From positions 4,067-68,066 of the forward strand of contig JBBIIK010000017.1 in assembly GCA_037446555.1 (NCBI GenBank): DNA of 64,000 bases, in the 5' to 3' direction. The position numbers were made by a program, and so were the translations under genes. Of the stretch, positions 60,565 to 64,000 are shown piece by piece (the stretch's first letter is position 1; each line of letters opens with the position of its first letter). The notes beneath the pieces were generated by a model. It made no database searches and was not told where the DNA came from. It worked only from the letters and a program-made list of their open reading frames with translations. This DNA comes from Acidobacteriota bacterium. Lineage in GTDB: Bacteria > Acidobacteriota > Terriglobia > Bryobacterales > Bryobacteraceae.

Positions 60565-61077
60565 ATGATTCTGCGCATCCGCAAGTACGGCGACCCGGTG
60601 CTGGAGACGAAGGCGGACCCGGTGACCGAGTTCGACGGCGAGATGCGGCAACTGGCCGCCGACATGTTCGAAACGATGTACGCCAACAAGGGCGTGGGGC
60701 TGGCGGCGCCGCAGGTTGGCGTGTCGAGGCGGCTGGCGGTGATCGATCCGAGCGCGGGCGAGGACGAGGCGGCCAGGATTGTGCTTGTGAACCCCGAGAT
60801 CCTGGTCAAGGAAGGCATGCAGATCGGCGAGGAGGGCTGCCTGTCGATCCCCGGCTTTCGCGAGGACGTCAAGCGCGCCTGGCGCGTGCGGGCGCGGGCG
60901 CAGGATCTGGAAGGAAAGTTTTTCGAAATCGAGGGCGAGGAGCTGCTGGCGCGCGCCATCCAGCATGAGATCGATCACCTGGACGGGATTCTGTTCCTGC
61001 AACACCTGAGCTTGCTGAAGCGCGACCTGATCAAGCGCAAGATCCGCAAGCTGGTGAAAGCCGGCGAGTGGGACTGA
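60565..61077 (+). CDS. def: peptide deformylase
   Basis: GVGLAAPQVG, EGCLSIPG and HEIDHLDG are the three PDF motifs. ATG 60565 lies 8 nt after the aroC stop. Confidence 0.95.
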   Translation: MILRIRKYGDPVLETKADPVTEFDGEMRQLAADMFETMYANKGVGLAAPQVGVSRRLAVIDPSAGEDEAARIVLVNPEILVKEGMQIGEEGCLSIPGFREDVKRAWRVRARAQDLEGKFFEIEGEELLARAIQHEIDHLDGILFLQHLSLLKRDLIKRKIRKLVKAGEWD

Positions 61078-61116
61078 CCTCTTCCCTCCGCGCCGGTTGA
61101 TCCGGCGCCGCGCGCC

Positions 61117-63357
61117 TCAGGGGCGCGCTTCCACGCGCACGGACGGAGCGCCCTCGATCCACGCCACCACAGGCTTCAAGCCGTCCCAAGCCAGCCAGAC
61201 AAAGCCGCCCGAATCGGTGAGCACAGGCTCCTCCATGCCCTCGATCCGCACCGGGATGCCGGGATAGGGAAGCCGGTTCGGATCCGTGGCGCGCAATACC
61301 AGCAGCCCTTCGTCGCGCCAGTAGTCCACCAGTTGGATGTCGCCGCGGGCGGGCTTGACATCGAGCTTCTGGTGCAGCACTTCGAAAGACGGATCGTCGG
61401 CGTAAAAGTAGACGTCGGCGACGCCCGGCGCGGAGGCGCGGATGTGCGCGACCGCCTCGGTGGCGCCGGCGGGGAGCAGGACAGGCTCCATGGGGTCGAT
61501 GAAGCTGGAGGCGTAGAGCGAGATGCGGAGGTCGTAGTCCAGCGGGCGGGCGATCGAAAAGCGCACGGGAACGGGTTCTCCGGCGACCGCTCCGGCGGCT
61601 GGCCAGAGCGAGGATCGAAGCATGCGTTGTAGCGACGTACCCGCCCAGGCGCGCTCGCCAGCGGCGCGGTGGTAGTAGGGCTCGAACTCGGCGCGATAGG
61701 CGTCGAGCTGCGCCAGTTCCTCTGCGGAGGGCTCCACGCCGGGCGGCGTGACCAGGATGAAGGCGAAGCGGAACAGACGCTGGGCCACCGTGTCATCGGG
61801 TGTGCGGCGTCCCTCGGCTTCGATGATCTGCTCGACCGTGACGTCCCGGCGAGCGCCGCGGATGGTGACGCCCACGCGGGGCAGGGCGCTGCGCGAGGTG
61901 TTGGCGTTGTCGACGAAGAAAGTGGGCGCGACCTCGCCCGGTCCGCGCAGCCCCATCAGGTACTGGTCCAGAGCGGAGAACCCTTCCACCGTGGCGATGG
62001 TGAGGAACGTGCCGTCGCCATTGTCGGCGATGCGGTTGCCTTCGAGCAGCGAGGCGTCGGAGTGGAAGTTGAAGCTCCAGTGGGCGAGCTGCGCGCCCAG
62101 CATGGGCAGGTCGCCGGGACGCGCCGGGTCGCGCACGCTGGCCAGGGCCAGGAACAGGTGCCCGGCTTCGTGGCCGAGGATCGACATGGTTGTGTCGCCA
62201 GTGATGGCGCCGCGCGAGCCCACCCGCGCGTAAGGGTCGCGCGGGTACTGGCTCAGGGGGCCCATGTTCATCACCGCCTGCAGGCGCCATGGGGAGCCGT
62301 ACATATGGCCGCGGTCGAGGGCGGTGTCGCCGGTGCCGGTGACATTCGAGCGGACGCTGACTTCAAAGGCGAGGGCGTTCGAGGCGGCGCTGATGCCGAG
62401 CGAGTTGAAGATCACGAGGTAGTCGTAGGCGTCCTCGTGCGTTTCGTAAAAGCGCTGGGCGATGCGCACGATGTCGAGCGTTCGTTCGCTGCCGAAGCGC
62501 TCCGCCACGGCGGCGGCGATCTCGAAAGCGGGCGGGGCGTCATAGTCGACGACCTGCGCCGAACCCTGCAAGTAACCCGGGGAGATGCCGACCACGGCAG
62601 CCGTCGCGGTCCCGGAGAAGAAGTGAAACGCGATGCGGCCCCCGGCTTCCAGCACAAGCTGGAAGGTCTGGCGCGGTCCCGTGCCGAAGTCGCGGAATTC
62701 GGGCACGTCCTGCCAGGTGATGACGGCGCGGTTGGAGTCCAGATCCACGCTCAGGCTGCCGCCGCGCGTGGGGTCGAGGTCGGCAAACAGCGGAGCGATG
62801 CGGGGAGGACCGCTGAAAAGGCGCCCCAGGCTGCGGGATGCTGAGTCCGCGTCGGGTTGCTGGAAGGTGATGTTGCCGTCGGAGTGAATGAATATGCGGC
62901 GGTGGGTCTGGCCGAAGAAGGGGAAGTCAAAGGGCAGGTCGACGGTGCGAAAGTCGTCGTCGTCGATTCCCTCGAGCCGCTGGCCGCGAGCGGCCGCCTG
63001 CGAGTCGAAGTTCTGCGGGCCGGTGACCACAAAGTAGCGGGCAGCAGCCTGGGCGGCCGGCTGGAAGGAGATGCCGCGGCCGGTGAGGTTGAAGGGGTTG
63101 GGCTCCATCACCACGCCGCTGCCGGAATCCACCACGGCGAGGTGGCCGTAGTCGCGGGCCCGGGGCGCTTCGGAAAGGCGGGCCAGCGCCTTCCCGCGGC
63201 GCAGGGCGCGCCATTGGGCCTCGTTCTCCGCCGGGGCCGCGATGCGCGCGCCGCGCTCGGTGCCGCAGACGACGGGAACAGTGCGTGCGGGCGCCGGCGG
63301 TGCGGCCAGCACCAGGAGGATGGCCAGGGAACACAGGGCCGGATTTCTGCGTATCAT
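61117..63357 (-). CDS. secreted 746-aa protein with HExxH zinc-metalloprotease motif and N-terminal NIDO-like segment
   Basis: Signal peptide MIRRNPALCSLAILLVLAAPPAPA. DLPFDFPFFGQTHRRIFIHSDGNITF resembles the start of NIDO-type domains. MSILGHEAGHLFLA is the HExxH. No family assignment is possible by eye. Confidence 0.5.
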   Translation of the reverse strand: MIRRNPALCSLAILLVLAAPPAPARTVPVVCGTERGARIAAPAENEAQWRALRRGKALARLSEAPRARDYGHLAVVDSGSGVVMEPNPFNLTGRGISFQPAAQAAARYFVVTGPQNFDSQAAARGQRLEGIDDDDFRTVDLPFDFPFFGQTHRRIFIHSDGNITFQQPDADSASRSLGRLFSGPPRIAPLFADLDPTRGGSLSVDLDSNRAVITWQDVPEFRDFGTGPRQTFQLVLEAGGRIAFHFFSGTATAAVVGISPGYLQGSAQVVDYDAPPAFEIAAAVAERFGSERTLDIVRIAQRFYETHEDAYDYLVIFNSLGISAASNALAFEVSVRSNVTGTGDTALDRGHMYGSPWRLQAVMNMGPLSQYPRDPYARVGSRGAITGDTTMSILGHEAGHLFLALASVRDPARPGDLPMLGAQLAHWSFNFHSDASLLEGNRIADNGDGTFLTIATVEGFSALDQYLMGLRGPGEVAPTFFVDNANTSRSALPRVGVTIRGARRDVTVEQIIEAEGRRTPDDTVAQRLFRFAFILVTPPGVEPSAEELAQLDAYRAEFEPYYHRAAGERAWAGTSLQRMLRSSLWPAAGAVAGEPVPVRFSIARPLDYDLRISLYASSFIDPMEPVLLPAGATEAVAHIRASAPGVADVYFYADDPSFEVLHQKLDVKPARGDIQLVDYWRDEGLLVLRATDPNRLPYPGIPVRIEGMEEPVLTDSGGFVWLAWDGLKPVVAWIEGAPSVRVEARP

Positions 63358-63450
63358 GATCGTTGTTTTACTCGACGGGCGCCGCAACGCGGCCGTTGCG
63401 GGACTCTGCCCTCAGGATACTGATTTCGGCCTGCACGGAGGTTGTTTCGC

Positions 63451-64000
63451 ATGCCCTATTGCACCAGTTGCGGTTCGGAAGCACAAGAAGGGGCGAAGTT
63501 CTGCGCCCGCTGCGGCGCGGCGATGGGAGGCGCACCGGTGGCTCCCGCCTATGGCTTCGCGCTGGCGGAGCCGCTCGACTACACGATTCAGGGAGACAAC
63601 CTGCAGGTGGTGCGCATCCGCCTGAAACCCGGCCAGGAGGTCTACGCCGAGGCGGGCAAGATGATCTACAAGACGGCCACGGTGCAGTGGGAGAGCCGGA
63701 TGTCGGGCCAGTCGATCGGCGAGAAGCTCTGGGGCGCAGTGAAGCGGAAGCTGATGGGCGAGTCGCTGTTCTGGACCTATTTCCGTGCCATGGCGCCCGG
63801 CGAGGTGGGTTTTGCGGGCGCATATCCGGGCTGCATTCAGGCGCTGGAGCTGAAGGCGGGTCAGGCGGTGCTGGCGCAAAGGGACAGCTTCGTGTGCGCC
63901 CAGGCGACGGCGCGGGTCGACATCGCGTTCGTGAAGAAGATCGGCAGCGGTCTGTTCGGCGGCGAAGGGTTCATTCTGGAGAAGATCACTGGGCCGGGCA
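63451..64000 (+). CDS. zinc-ribbon + AIM24/TIGR00266-family protein, 3' partial (not in supplied ORF track)
   Basis: My own translation from ATG 63451 reads MPYCTSCGSEAQEGAKFCARCGAAMGG...DYTIQGDNLQVVRIRLKPGQEVYAEAGKMIYK...GGEGFILEKITGPG, open to the window end. The DY.I.G...Q.V.I.L..G..V.AE.G.M pattern is the AIM24/DUF124 N-terminus. Confidence 0.75.
   Translation, partial: MPYCTSCGSEAQEGAKFCARCGAAMGGAPVAPAYGFALAEPLDYTIQGDNLQVVRIRLKPGQEVYAEAGKMIYKTATVQWESRMSGQSIGEKLWGAVKRKLMGESLFWTYFRAMAPGEVGFAGAYPGCIQALELKAGQAVLAQRDSFVCAQATARVDIAFVKKIGSGLFGGEGFILEKITGPG

Overview
This is a GC-rich bacterial chromosomal segment (roughly two-thirds G+C by eye, not computed). It is densely coding on both strands, with about 50 CDS. 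I recognised no rRNA, tRNA, CRISPR array, transposase or integrase. The gene content suggests an Acidobacteria-like organism; this is inference, not a search result. That content includes two 1,160-1,200-aa TonB-dependent receptors with N-terminal carboxypeptidase-regulatory-like domains, a CRTAC1/ASPIC-UnbV protein, and many Sec/Tat-exported proteins of unknown function. Recognisable housekeeping genes are proS, plsX, rpmF, yceD, mutS, a Glu dehydrogenase, gpsA, plsY, thpR, mpg, aroC and def. The strongest candidate for an undescribed system is a ~13.4-kb run of eight tightly packed, mostly overlapping same-strand genes (4361-17717). It is built around a MoxR AAA+ ATPase and three MIDAS (DxSxS) vWA-type proteins. 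It also carries two peptidase-like inserts: a legumain/caspase-like protein with Cys->Ser, and a TPR-gluzincin. It ends in a 1,193-aa membrane/coiled-coil/low-complexity protein and is followed by an orphan 202-aa protein with a caspase-like His...Cys arrangement. Secondary candidates are listed here.
- A divergent four-gene cluster of exported proteins, three with twin-arginine signals and one with a Sec-type signal (DUF2264-like, DUF362-like, aldo-keto reductase fused to 2x[4Fe-4S], unknown).
- An S41 peptidase homologue lacking all three catalytic residues.
- A glucosylglycerate-type compatible-solute module plus a two-component system inserted between yceD and rpmF.
- A 746-aa secreted HExxH protein.
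- A zinc-ribbon/AIM24-type gene at the 3' edge that is absent from the supplied ORF track.
The ORF track prints alternative start codons as M, and it over-extends many N-termini. I re-picked starts from signal peptides, 1-4 nt stop/start overlaps and Shine-Dalgarno-like purine runs. All product calls rest on motif recall from the translations, because no database search was possible.
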